Shown here in pieces: positions 1 through 8,213 of a stretch of DNA of 64,000 nt. Within the stretch, counting starts at the first letter, position 1. Each line of letters begins with the position of its first letter. The translations under genes and the position numbers were made by a program. Below the pieces are notes generated by a model, which made no database searches, was not told the origin of the DNA, and worked only from the letters and a program-made list of their open reading frames with translations. Source of the DNA: a virus; IMG/VR virus record IMGVR_UViG_3300045970_000455, positions 1-64,000 of that record. One strand, given 5' to 3'.

Positions 1-80
1 TCGGCGTTCTTTGGGTATTGTGGGAATTGGCTGTATTTATACGAGTCCGAATTCAATATGATGTTTTTTGAGAGTTTCAT
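1..80 (-). CDS. nadV: Nicotinamide phosphoribosyltransferase (NAMPT), 5' end only; runs off the window edge
   Basis: Hand translation from ATG at 80: MKLSKNIILNSDSYKYSQFPQYPKNA, matching the NAMPT N-terminal (T/S)DSYKxSxxxQYP motif; AAGGA Shine-Dalgarno upstream. Confidence 0.85.
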   Translation of the reverse strand, partial: MKLSKNIILNSDSYKYSQFPQYPKNA

Positions 81-101
81 AAAAGTTCCTTTTATAGTAT
101 G

Positions 102-119
102 CCCGACTCTATCGTCGGG
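102..119 (-). promoter_or_regulatory. Hairpin with GATAGA loop upstream of nadV
   Basis: Minus strand CCCGAC-GATAGA-GTCGGG, about 21 nt before the ATG; similar hairpin at 3001-3019. Confidence 0.55.
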
Positions 120-127
120 ACTTTGTT

Positions 128-406
128 TCACTTACTTTCCTGTAAGTATTTCGTTCCGCCTGCTTCAACTAAGTTAGCAAAAACTTGTTGAAACATGGCT
201 GTTAGTTCTGGATCATCAACTGGTTGCATTGCAATCAAATAACGCCTTATATCAAGGTAGGAGTCGCACAATCTATTCAAATCGTCATCGCCAATAATAT
301 TCCTAAGTTCGGCATTTATTGCCTGCAAACGACTCACTACGACTGCTGAATATCTTATCATATCAAATAGATCACGCTGATCGCCGGTTATTTCATTTAT
401 TTTCAC
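128..406 (-). CDS. Hypothetical protein
   Basis: 92-aa ORF in the minus-strand operon; start uncertain. Confidence 0.6.
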   Translation of the reverse strand: MKINEITGDQRDLFDMIRYSAVVVSRLQAINAELRNIIGDDDLNRLCDSYLDIRRYLIAMQPVDDPELTAMFQQVFANLVEAGGTKYLQESK

Positions 407-563
407 GCGCTCTTATCCTTGCCAAGTCTATTTTTAACTGTTCTGTCCCTTGTGCGATTTCTTCGATAATCCGCTTGCGCTCCTCATATGGCAGATCGTC
501 GAATTTAGGACGGGTATCCAGGCCTGTTTTAGCAGGCTGTTGCTTGTATTCATCGATCTCCAT
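393..563 (-). CDS. Small hypothetical protein (56 aa, MEIDEYKQQPAKTG...)
   Basis: Hand-translated; AAGGAG SD; directly downstream of a sigma70 promoter. Confidence 0.65.
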   Translation of the reverse strand: MEIDEYKQQPAKTGLDTRPKFDDLPYEERKRIIEEIAQGTEQLKIDLARIRARENK

Positions 564-583
564 ATTTTCTCCTTAGTAAAGAC

Positions 584-612
584 AGTATAACAGATTTACT
601 CTTTGTTGTCAA
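584..612 (-). promoter_or_regulatory. Sigma70-type promoter
   Basis: TTGACA-N17-TATACT on the minus strand. Confidence 0.75.
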
Positions 613-742
613 GTGCCTCTGTAACCAAACACATTTGGCCACACGCAGCCCCGGCTTGGACTTCCGCGTCAGTGGCGATTGCGATTGCCCCGTCAAAGCC
701 TTCGGCGTTGATTTCGGCGATAAGTTGATTTACATTTTCCAT
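596..742 (-). CDS. 48-aa peptide corresponding to the detached C-terminal catalytic-Cys segment of the RlmN/Cfr-like radical SAM enzyme
   Basis: Hand translation MENVNQLIAEINAEGFDGAIAIATDAEVQAGAACGQMCLVTEALDNKE; AACGQ matches the RlmN DIxAACGQL motif; own SD (AAAGGAAAACAAAATG). Confidence 0.8.
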   Translation of the reverse strand: MENVNQLIAEINAEGFDGAIAIATDAEVQAGAACGQMCLVTEALDNKE

Positions 743-757
743 TTTGTTTTCCTTTAG

Positions 758-946
758 TTATTGAATCATTGTTGATGTTGAGGCGAATTCCTCAATATCT
801 ACCATTGCTACTTCTGAAAACTCTCGATTAAGGTTTGGGGTTTCATTTACGAAATCTTCACATTCATCGAGAGTACCTATAAATAACACCTTGCTTAGAT
901 TGTTTTCTTGATCCAAGATTGTATTTCCGACAACAACGTATCGCAT
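758..946 (-). CDS. Hypothetical protein (MRYVVVGN...)
   Basis: AAAGGAAACAAAATG start signal at 946. Confidence 0.65.
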   Translation of the reverse strand: MRYVVVGNTILDQENNLSKVLFIGTLDECEDFVNETPNLNREFSEVAMVDIEEFASTSTMIQ

Positions 947-956
947 TTTGTTTCCT

Positions 957-1319
957 TTAGGTTGTTTTGGAAGTATCCACTTCCGGGCAGTTGCCGACGA
1001 ATTCGGCAAAATTCTGTTTCATCACTGCGATTTCATCGCGCAATGAATCGATTGCAGCTTGCTGGTACAGACAGACAATGCCAAGGTTGACATTATCTGT
1101 ATAGTCCGTAGTATTTTGGGTCGAGGATGGCAGGGTAACCTCCAAACGCTCGTCAGCCCTACGTTTCTTGAGCCACTCAGTAACCCTTACCGCATCATCC
1201 TCTAACACCTTAGCCAGGTTGATCTGGCGTTGTTTAGGGTCTTCCGGAACAATTCTGAAGCCGGGGTTGGCTGCAAGAAAACGAACTATGTCGTTATTAG
1301 TAACTGATTGCTTTTCCAT
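957..1319 (-). CDS. Hypothetical protein
   Basis: 120-aa ORF with the same AAAGGAAACAAAATG start signal. Confidence 0.7.
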   Translation of the reverse strand: MEKQSVTNNDIVRFLAANPGFRIVPEDPKQRQINLAKVLEDDAVRVTEWLKKRRADERLEVTLPSSTQNTTDYTDNVNLGIVCLYQQAAIDSLRDEIAVMKQNFAEFVGNCPEVDTSKTT

Positions 1320-1331
1320 TTTGTTTCCTTT

Positions 1332-1646
1332 TCAATATTTGTTCCAACCGAGCCGTTCATTCTCGGCTTGTCGAGTGGCATCTGTCATCCCGGTCCAAAA
1401 AATTCTGGACTCTTCCGGAGTACACCCACGGCCATTGAACAGATCAACGTTGCCATCTGGATTATTTGGGCCACCCTTTTTGTATTTGGCCATAACCGCA
1501 ATATCTGTGCGCCACTTCTGTTCGTACCTACTCACTGGATCGTCAAATAGTTCATGAGTATGATTATCATTGGCATTGCGTTTACTTTCTGTCCAAGGCC
1601 GGCCCTCACGTTCTGCTTTAACTTGCTCGTCCGATGGGATTCTCAT
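1332..1646 (-). CDS. Hypothetical protein
   Basis: ATGA overlap with the radical SAM gene stop. Confidence 0.65.
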   Translation of the reverse strand: MRIPSDEQVKAEREGRPWTESKRNANDNHTHELFDDPVSRYEQKWRTDIAVMAKYKKGGPNNPDGNVDLFNGRGCTPEESRIFWTGMTDATRQAENERLGWNKY

Positions 1647-2503
1647 ATTGAATTCTCGTAGCTAAAAAGTGTCTTGAGGGAATTCTCATCCGACACGGGA
1701 TTTTCATTTATCGGCGACACTTTGCAGAACACGGTTCTGGGATCGAACTGTGTTTTCAAATCAGCCGGAACGAAAGGGGTATCCGCAGCAAGGGCAAAAT
1801 TCAGCGTTGCCTTCCACGGACGATTGGGTGCGGCGTTGTGCCAATGAATGGCCAGTTCGCCGATCTGTTTGTTTGTCATCACTGTGCCGATCTGCAACCA
1901 TTTACGGAATGAGTCGTCGGTGCTGTGGATACTGAATTGGAGTTCAAGCCAATCATACCCATAAATCCTTTCAAGACCTATCAATGCAGCAACCAAGTCT
2001 TTTGATTTCTTGATGCCGATTGTGGAGATTTGGATCTTGGCTTTCGGATACCGTTCTTTGAGGAAGCTAACTGCCTTGATGACGTTAGGGATATTCAGTG
2101 CCGGTTCACCCATCCTTGTGAACAAGATACGAAAGATGCCACTGTCGTTTGGGTTCAGTCCGCCGTTGATTTCTTGTGCTTTGGCAACAGCGTAGTCAAC
2201 TTGCTCAATCATTTCCGCAGCGGTTAGATTGCGCCAGCCCTGCTTGTCAGTGAGCCGATTCACCGCACAAAATTTACATTTGATGGGGCAACCACTCTGC
2301 GTTGAAATGCCGACTGTCCACTTTTCTTTCCAGTTTTCAATGGAGAAGGCGTTGGCGTCAACTTTGTTGTCTTTGCGTCCGGTGACGCGAATCTCAGTCT
2401 GACCGGGTAAGCAGGTAGAAGTTGTTTCAATCAGCTTGCCGTCAGCAAGTTCCAGCACGGACACGAAGCCGTTGGTGAATTGTTTGGTGTTGATTTCGTT
2501 CAT
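1643..2503 (-). CDS. RlmN/Cfr-like radical SAM protein lacking the C-terminal Cys motif
   Basis: ISTQSGCPIKCKFC (CxxxCxxC), RNLTAAEMIEQV, RMGEPALN, ISTIG, LQFSIHS; ends at YENSI with no AACGQ. Confidence 0.85.
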   Translation of the reverse strand: MNEINTKQFTNGFVSVLELADGKLIETTSTCLPGQTEIRVTGRKDNKVDANAFSIENWKEKWTVGISTQSGCPIKCKFCAVNRLTDKQGWRNLTAAEMIEQVDYAVAKAQEINGGLNPNDSGIFRILFTRMGEPALNIPNVIKAVSFLKERYPKAKIQISTIGIKKSKDLVAALIGLERIYGYDWLELQFSIHSTDDSFRKWLQIGTVMTNKQIGELAIHWHNAAPNRPWKATLNFALAADTPFVPADLKTQFDPRTVFCKVSPINENPVSDENSLKTLFSYENSI

Positions 2504-2718
2504 GATTGTTCCTTCGCTATACAATGATCAAGTGCGTTGCGAATCCTTTTCATATCGTACAGGTCGTCCTTTAGATACTGGATTGTCATCAATCTGACTG
2601 CGGCATCTGCCTCGTCAAGAAATGTCCCAGAACGGAAGTTATCCGGATACAGATCAGCCAGCTTCTTTTCCTTAGCAGCAATCTGTCGCAACAGTTCAGC
2701 GCGAACAACCCGGATCAT
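2500..2718 (-). CDS. Hypothetical protein
   Basis: Translationally coupled ORF. Confidence 0.6.
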   Translation of the reverse strand: MIRVVRAELLRQIAAKEKKLADLYPDNFRSGTFLDEADAAVRLMTIQYLKDDLYDMKRIRNALDHCIAKEQS

Positions 2719-2975
2719 TTCAAATTCCTATCAGCAATGTGTCCGTAACGTACCTGAAAATTCCAGGCATCTTTTTCGTGTTGGACGATCTTGTCGCCTT
2801 CACCCCAAGCATACGTCACTCCGTAGTCCGAAGTATGGTTGCTTTCTGGTGATGCGCCGGGGTATTTGCGAACTGAAACAATCGTGACGTGGATATTTCC
2901 AGCGTGACTGATCCATTGTTCTCCCGGGTTGAATGCCGGGCCAGTGGCTTTATGCCATTTGTGTTTGCCGTTCAT
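2715..2975 (-). CDS. Hypothetical protein
   Basis: First ORF after the promoter at 3037-3065; AAGGA SD. Confidence 0.65.
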   Translation of the reverse strand: MNGKHKWHKATGPAFNPGEQWISHAGNIHVTIVSVRKYPGASPESNHTSDYGVTYAWGEGDKIVQHEKDAWNFQVRYGHIADRNLK

Positions 2976-3000
2976 ATAAAATCCTTATACGTTTTGAACT

Positions 3001-3019
3001 GTAAGAGTCTATCTCCTAC
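3001..3019 (-). promoter_or_regulatory. Leader hairpin with GATAGAC loop
   Basis: Minus strand GTAGGA-GATAGAC-TCTTAC between the promoter and the first start codon. Confidence 0.5.
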
Positions 3020-3036
3020 GCTTTATTTATGCTTTT

Positions 3037-3065
3037 ATTATAGCATACTGTGTTTTATTGGTCAA
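3037..3065 (-). promoter_or_regulatory. Sigma70-type promoter with extended -10
   Basis: TTGACC-N17-TATAAT with TGn before the -10. Confidence 0.75.
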
Positions 3066-3068
3066 CCT

Positions 3069-3470
3069 TCAGTCATAGTAATCGGGGTCTTCCAAATCTA
3101 TAAGATGTTGGGCATATTTTTCCGGACCACCATCTGCTACCCATTCATCATATCTTAAAACAAATGCCTGATATTTAGTAGGATCTAAACTCTTCCCATC
3201 AGCATCTTCAAATTTCGCACTATATGCCAATAGTTTAGGATCATCCCGTCCATCTATGTATAGATAATATAGGCCCGAATCGCCTTCCAGCCAGCCGGGC
3301 CAACGTGTCATAACATATTTTATTTCATTGTGGTCCAGCCATGCCTTATGTTCTACCAAAGTGGCGTCATCGTACCCTATACTGAGTTTCTGACGTGTTA
3401 AAGATAGCACGAATATATCTTTTTTATCCTTATCTAAGTAGTACTCGGTACTATGTATTATCATTACCAT
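3069..3470 (-). CDS. Hypothetical protein
   Basis: 133-aa ORF overlapping the upstream gene end. Confidence 0.65.
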   Translation of the reverse strand: MVMIIHSTEYYLDKDKKDIFVLSLTRQKLSIGYDDATLVEHKAWLDHNEIKYVMTRWPGWLEGDSGLYYLYIDGRDDPKLLAYSAKFEDADGKSLDPTKYQAFVLRYDEWVADGGPEKYAQHLIDLEDPDYYD

Positions 3471-4413
3471 CTTCTTTTTCCTTCTTTGCCAAGTCTTTAC
3501 TTGTTATTACCACAGGCTTCACTTCCTTAAAGGTAGTTTCAGTAGTCTTATAAAATGTCCATGTATCCAATTCCACGCAAGTCAACGCAGCCCATTTAGG
3601 CGTCTTTTCGCTGTATTTTCCATGGAGTGGTTTCTCCGGATAAGAATCGTAAGCACAAGTGTCTATATTTGTTTGCCCAGCAATAGTCATCGGCTGTTGT
3701 AATACAGTATGCCCAGAGATAATATGCGATAGCTTATCGTTGAATATTTCTGTCGACTTGGTATATTTTAGTGTTGATACTATTTTTCTTTTCTTCTTTG
3801 GCGCTGATCTGTAAAATGGAGCAAATATAAACCTGTTCCATAAAAATGCATCGCCGTCTCCGCGAGGAACAGTAGCAAGCATCATTACTTCCTCTGGTAC
3901 GGTTAGTTCCATATCAGTGATTGTTCCTACACGATCCGGTAGTTCAGCATGTATTACATGGAACTTTTTACCAGCTTTTGTGTTCACAGTTATCATAAAA
4001 GGCAGCTCTTCTACGAAAGGAAGCAAGTCAATAAGCTCAACACTGGAATCGGTGGGTATTCTGCTTTTGTCATGTTTCATGGATTCATAATCGTTGTATG
4101 CTTCCATACCCCATTGGCCGCCGTTGCGAAACCAATACCCTCCCATATATCTGCCGTTGAACCTATCGAGCATCATTTGTTCGTGGTTAGCTAAGACAGA
4201 GTGGAACCATGGCTCCAGTATTAACGATAAGCATTTAAGACTGTCAGGTCCTCTATCAACTAAATCCCCTACACATATCATTCTATCTTTTGTATAGTCG
4301 AAATTAATATTCTTTAATAGGTTTTGAAATATAGCATAGCAGCCGTGGAGATCTCCTATCACAAAATCACGACCTACTGTGTTTGCTTCGAGTGTTTTTA
4401 GCGGGTTCTTCAT
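3451..4413 (-). CDS. Ser/Thr protein phosphatase, metallophosphoesterase (lambda NinI/PphA-like)
   Basis: GDLHG, GDLVDRG, (G/A)NHE, HA and GHT motifs. Confidence 0.9.
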   Translation of the reverse strand: MKNPLKTLEANTVGRDFVIGDLHGCYAIFQNLLKNINFDYTKDRMICVGDLVDRGPDSLKCLSLILEPWFHSVLANHEQMMLDRFNGRYMGGYWFRNGGQWGMEAYNDYESMKHDKSRIPTDSSVELIDLLPFVEELPFMITVNTKAGKKFHVIHAELPDRVGTITDMELTVPEEVMMLATVPRGDGDAFLWNRFIFAPFYRSAPKKKRKIVSTLKYTKSTEIFNDKLSHIISGHTVLQQPMTIAGQTNIDTCAYDSYPEKPLHGKYSEKTPKWAALTCVELDTWTFYKTTETTFKEVKPVVITSKDLAKKEKEDGNDNT

Positions 4414-4895
4414 TCTTTTATTAATCCTTTCTTCTTTCTGCGTGTTATCTCTTTTTTATATTCTTTGGGTGAGAGTCTCTGCCCATCTATCCAATATTGT
4501 TTTGGGGTACCACCGGTTATAACGGCTGGCCCATCGAGTCTATGTTTCTTACCATTCTCATACCAGTATTCGTTATTATTATGCTGAATGGCTGGGCCAC
4601 CCACTCTATGATATACACCATCTCTAAACCATTCTTCTATATTGTAGTGCTTACTTACATAAGCAGGACCATATATTCTGTGTTTCACACCGTCTTTATT
4701 TCTATAGACAATATCCCATTTACCTGCAAGATTTTGCATATGCCATCTATAAGAATCCGGCTCACCCCATCTACAATCAAACCCATAGTAAGGCGGACAG
4801 ATAGCTTCTTCCACCCGTCTGTTTATTACCAGTGCTTCAAATAAACGATCGTGTTCTTCTTCTTCAGTCATACAACAGTATAACATATTTAACAT
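4410..4895 (-). CDS. Protein with HRxxGPA repeats
   Basis: HRIYGPA, HRVGGPA, HRLDGPA repeats. Confidence 0.7.
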   Translation of the reverse strand: MLNMLYCCMTEEEEHDRLFEALVINRRVEEAICPPYYGFDCRWGEPDSYRWHMQNLAGKWDIVYRNKDGVKHRIYGPAYVSKHYNIEEWFRDGVYHRVGGPAIQHNNNEYWYENGKKHRLDGPAVITGGTPKQYWIDGQRLSPKEYKKEITRRKKKGLIKE

Positions 4896-5239
4896 TATCT
4901 GTCAATGTTAAAACATGTCTCCAAGAAACCTTCTATTCCACCATGAATTTTAATAACCATCGCATCCATTGCAGAAAATAGCACCAATCTTTTTGCTGTA
5001 ATAAAATACGGGTATTCCATTTTCTCCATTCCTATATAGTGCTTTGCCTTTAATGTGATAGGAACTTCAAAACTATATACAGTAAAAATATTCTTTAATA
5101 TTAAGAATCCAGGGAATGCCAACCTATGGCCATCCTTATGATGAAACATAAGTTGGTTTAGTTGGTCATCCGACAACAATGCAGATCGCTCGTGCTTCTT
5201 CCTTACTTCATTAAATACAGCAACTTTTAATGCATTCAT
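4895..5239 (-). CDS. Hypothetical protein
   Basis: Coupled 114-aa ORF. Confidence 0.65.
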   Translation of the reverse strand: MNALKVAVFNEVRKKHERSALLSDDQLNQLMFHHKDGHRLAFPGFLILKNIFTVYSFEVPITLKAKHYIGMEKMEYPYFITAKRLVLFSAMDAMVIKIHGGIEGFLETCFNIDR

Positions 5240-5246
5240 ATGTTAT

Positions 5247-5471
5247 TTATAACAGCCAACGAACAATCCCTATAATATTTACAATAATAAAATAGTATGT
5301 TTGATACGCTATTACCTTTGGTGTGTTTGTTTTTCGTAAAATATAGATTGTGGCAAAGTTTGATAATAGGAAGGGAATAAATGCCCACCCGCTCATAGCA
5401 ATATTTAACGCAAGCAATAAAGAGCCAAATATTGACCCCCATAGGGAGATTTGTTCTATAAATGTTTTCAT
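5247..5471 (-). CDS. Small 3-TM membrane protein (PnuC-half-like)
   Basis: Three hydrophobic segments ending NIIGIVRW; family resemblance weak. Confidence 0.5.
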   Translation of the reverse strand: MKTFIEQISLWGSIFGSLLLALNIAMSGWAFIPFLLSNFATIYILRKTNTPKVIAYQTYYFIIVNIIGIVRWLL

Positions 5472-5492
5472 TGAGTTGTGATAAATAGTAGT

Positions 5493-5846
5493 ATGAGAAT
5501 AAACGAAGCCGTCGGCGAACATATGATAACACAGTTATTGCAGTTATGCAAGAACCACCTGCAAATAGAAAAACTACCAGATATAAAGTTAGTTGATACG
5601 CCTAGCGTTGGCAGTGATCATTCATTTGGTGTGTTTGATGGTGGTATTAAGGTAGTATCAAAAGATAGACATCCTGTTGATGTAATGCGTACTCTTGCTC
5701 ATGAGCTGGTACATTGGAAGCAGAGACTATCTGGCCAGGAAATGGACGGTAATACAGGTAGTGATACTGAGAATGAAGCTAATGCAGTGGCAGGGGTGAT
5801 TATGCGCGAGTTCGGCCGTATGCACCCTGAATATTTTCTCGTATAG
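5493..5846 (+). CDS. HExxH metallopeptidase-like protein, probably late
   Basis: RTLAHELVHWKQ...ENEANA; GATAAATA immediately upstream. Confidence 0.75.
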   Translation: MRINEAVGEHMITQLLQLCKNHLQIEKLPDIKLVDTPSVGSDHSFGVFDGGIKVVSKDRHPVDVMRTLAHELVHWKQRLSGQEMDGNTGSDTENEANAVAGVIMREFGRMHPEYFLV

Positions 5847-6134
5847 TTATTCTTCTACAACGGTCCCTTTATCTAGTTTCACAACGCTGAAATCTGCTGT
5901 ATTAAATAATACATTTAATCTTTCTGCTAAGTTAAAGCAGTGACCCTTATTTGAAAAAGAGCACTTTTTATATTTAGGTCCGGGATACGAAACAAGTTGA
6001 TTCATTGTCCTTAAGTTCACCGGCTTTCCCTGATAAAATACAGCATAGACAGCATCGGCAACAAGCACCTGTTCAGCATTGTATGTCTTAGGATGTATAT
6101 ATTCTAATAAAATTTCTGGTTTTGGTCTTGCCAC
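5847..6134 (-). CDS. Hypothetical protein
   Basis: GTG start with AGGAG SD; ATAAATA upstream. Confidence 0.7.
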   Translation of the reverse strand: MARPKPEILLEYIHPKTYNAEQVLVADAVYAVFYQGKPVNLRTMNQLVSYPGPKYKKCSFSNKGHCFNLAERLNVLFNTADFSVVKLDKGTVVEE

Positions 6135-6213
6135 GGGTCTTCCTCCAATAAGTACATATATTTATCAAATATACCTACTTATTGGATTGTTACAAAGTTT
6201 GATAAATATATGT

Positions 6214-6450
6214 ATGAGATTACAAGAATTATTCGAGAACCGGCTAGAACAAGCCAAATACAATGCAGACTTTGATAAGGCTAATGGGCCGTGGGAGCCT
6301 ACCAGACCAAAACGAACACCTACTCATTATATACTAATAAATGGTACTAAGTGGAAGACAGAGTTCTATTCATACGAATCTGCCTTAACTGCTGCGAATA
6401 CAATACACAGTAAACGACCTTGGGTTAGGATCGATATTAGAGAATATTAA
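6214..6450 (+). CDS. Hypothetical late protein (MRLQELFE...)
   Basis: GATAAATA upstream, terminator downstream. Confidence 0.65.
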   Translation: MRLQELFENRLEQAKYNADFDKANGPWEPTRPKRTPTHYILINGTKWKTEFYSYESALTAANTIHSKRPWVRIDIREY

Positions 6451-6453
6451 AAA

Positions 6454-6473
6454 GTAAGACCCGGAGGTCTTAC
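6454..6473. terminator. Hairpin between convergent genes
   Basis: GTAAGACC-CGGA-GGTCTTAC. Confidence 0.65.
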
Positions 6474-6524
6474 CAAGCGCCACTAGATATTATTCGAGTT
6501 CTATAGTGGGTTCATCGACAGCAT

Positions 6525-7025
6525 TTATAAATGCTTTTCTTTTGATTCTTTACGCAACTTAACTAATGCAAGTTTCATTTCCATTTCGGTCTTAAATGGT
6601 CCTGCATATTCATATGCCTGCAATGTGCTATATTTTGGAGACATAGCTGGCATCCAGCTTTTCGGAAAGTTTAAGCAATAATACCCTGCACTGTAATATA
6701 CATCACTGGCCTGTTTCTTACTAAACAATGGCAGTTTATTGCCTGCTATAAACACCCCGTGCGGATTATCAAATTCAACAGGATATCCATTAATAAAGTA
6801 TTGCTTTTCTGTAGTTTCTTTTACAACTGTTTTGTCGATATTGCTAAACACATCTTCGTTGAAGAACTTGTTAACTTCTTTGCGATTTAAAAACTGCCGC
6901 TTGGCGCCGGATATCATTAAAATATATTTGTCTCGTACCTCGGTAAGCAATCCTATGCGCGAATCTTCCGTGTCGCTTATCACTAACCAGCTATTTTCAG
7001 TTATCGATTTTAAATGTACTTTCAT
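6525..7025 (-). CDS. Hypothetical protein
   Basis: 166-aa ORF downstream of RNase H. Confidence 0.7.
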   Translation of the reverse strand: MKVHLKSITENSWLVISDTEDSRIGLLTEVRDKYILMISGAKRQFLNRKEVNKFFNEDVFSNIDKTVVKETTEKQYFINGYPVEFDNPHGVFIAGNKLPLFSKKQASDVYYSAGYYCLNFPKSWMPAMSPKYSTLQAYEYAGPFKTEMEMKLALVKLRKESKEKHL

Positions 7026-7031
7026 GTTACC

Positions 7032-8099
7032 TTATGTTGTTTCGTATTTAGATTTGAGTAAGGGCATAAACTGCTGTGCATTATTGCCTATCTTTGTCAG
7101 CGCCCACCTGCCACAGAATTTCATAAAAAATATGCCTATATCAACTGATGCTACATTTTTTCTACCTGTTGTTTCAGCTATTACAATAAGACATTCTTCT
7201 TTTATGTTATCAGGAATCTGCGACAAATCAATGAGCAACCTGTTTAGGTTATATTTATCTTTCACAATGTGCTCTTTTTCGTTGTGATCTATCCATTTCT
7301 GTAACATAAAGTTGTTCCAGTTATACCCTTTATTGTTATCATTATACGCTTCTCGAATGCCAACAGCAGTCTTTGTGCCCTTTTCACGCACACCGGGATA
7401 TGCGCTGAAAATGTTATCAGTCTTATCTCCGCGTATGCATTTAAGAAATAATGCATAGTTATACCAATCGGGGTCGCACACAAATGTTGGGTTAGGTTTT
7501 CCTACCTTGATCTTTGCTGTTGAATCGATTTTGAATTCCAACCGTTTTCCGTTATCATCGTGTATGCCGTCCCGTGTAATACGAATGTCTTTTATAGGAT
7601 CATATATGGTTAGGTTAGGTAACTTTAACAGTTGATAAAAGTCTGAGTCAGAACTAATAAGGATGTGAGTATCTTCGGGATGAGCCTCAATGAATACAGC
7701 AATCATATCATCAGCCTCGGTGTTAGGATTTCTTAACACTGTTATGTTAGTTTGCTGATCAATGAAGTCGACTAAATCGTCGTAAGCGCCCGTTAAAATT
7801 TCGCGGTTTTCTTGCTCTTTTTCAGTCATAGCATCGTAGATCTCCGCACGATTAGCTTTATACGCGGGATATACTTTTTTACGCCACGAATGGCCTTCTA
7901 AATAAAATACAGCATGATCGGCTTTGAATGTGGTCCATTCTTTTTTCATACTATACAGTATAAGATGTAACGCCATTCCTATAGCACTATCTATTCCGAG
8001 TGCAGGATTAGTCATTCTAATCTGCCTATGAAAAAGATTGGCGCCGTCGATATGCAGAAAGATTTTCTTTTTATTGATATTCATGTGACTACTTGACAT
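7032..8099 (-). CDS. rnh: T4-like RNase H / 5'-3' flap exonuclease
   Basis: IDGAN, SWRK..YPAYKANR, EADD, SSDSDFYQL, GDKTDNI motifs. Confidence 0.9.
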   Translation of the reverse strand: MSSSHMNINKKKIFLHIDGANLFHRQIRMTNPALGIDSAIGMALHLILYSMKKEWTTFKADHAVFYLEGHSWRKKVYPAYKANRAEIYDAMTEKEQENREILTGAYDDLVDFIDQQTNITVLRNPNTEADDMIAVFIEAHPEDTHILISSDSDFYQLLKLPNLTIYDPIKDIRITRDGIHDDNGKRLEFKIDSTAKIKVGKPNPTFVCDPDWYNYALFLKCIRGDKTDNIFSAYPGVREKGTKTAVGIREAYNDNNKGYNWNNFMLQKWIDHNEKEHIVKDKYNLNRLLIDLSQIPDNIKEECLIVIAETTGRKNVASVDIGIFFMKFCGRWALTKIGNNAQQFMPLLKSKYETT

Positions 8100-8113
8100 T
8101 ATACGGTTTATAT

Positions 8114-8142
8114 ATTATACTACACACTGGCTAAACTGTCAA
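8114..8142 (-). promoter_or_regulatory. Consensus sigma70 promoter
   Basis: TTGACA-N17-TATAAT. Confidence 0.85.
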
Positions 8143-8213
8143 CGGAGGTTGTATCTGTTTTGTGTAACATTTGAGGTTACAGGATTCCATATGGATTCCT
8201 GCGCGGATTTCGA

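Noticed and set aside
743-1642. Intron separating the radical SAM halves
   Set aside because: The interval is filled by three ORFs with normal start signals. No group I/II structure or homing endonuclease is recognisable, and the downstream piece has its own SD and ATG. Splicing is not formally excluded without RT-PCR.
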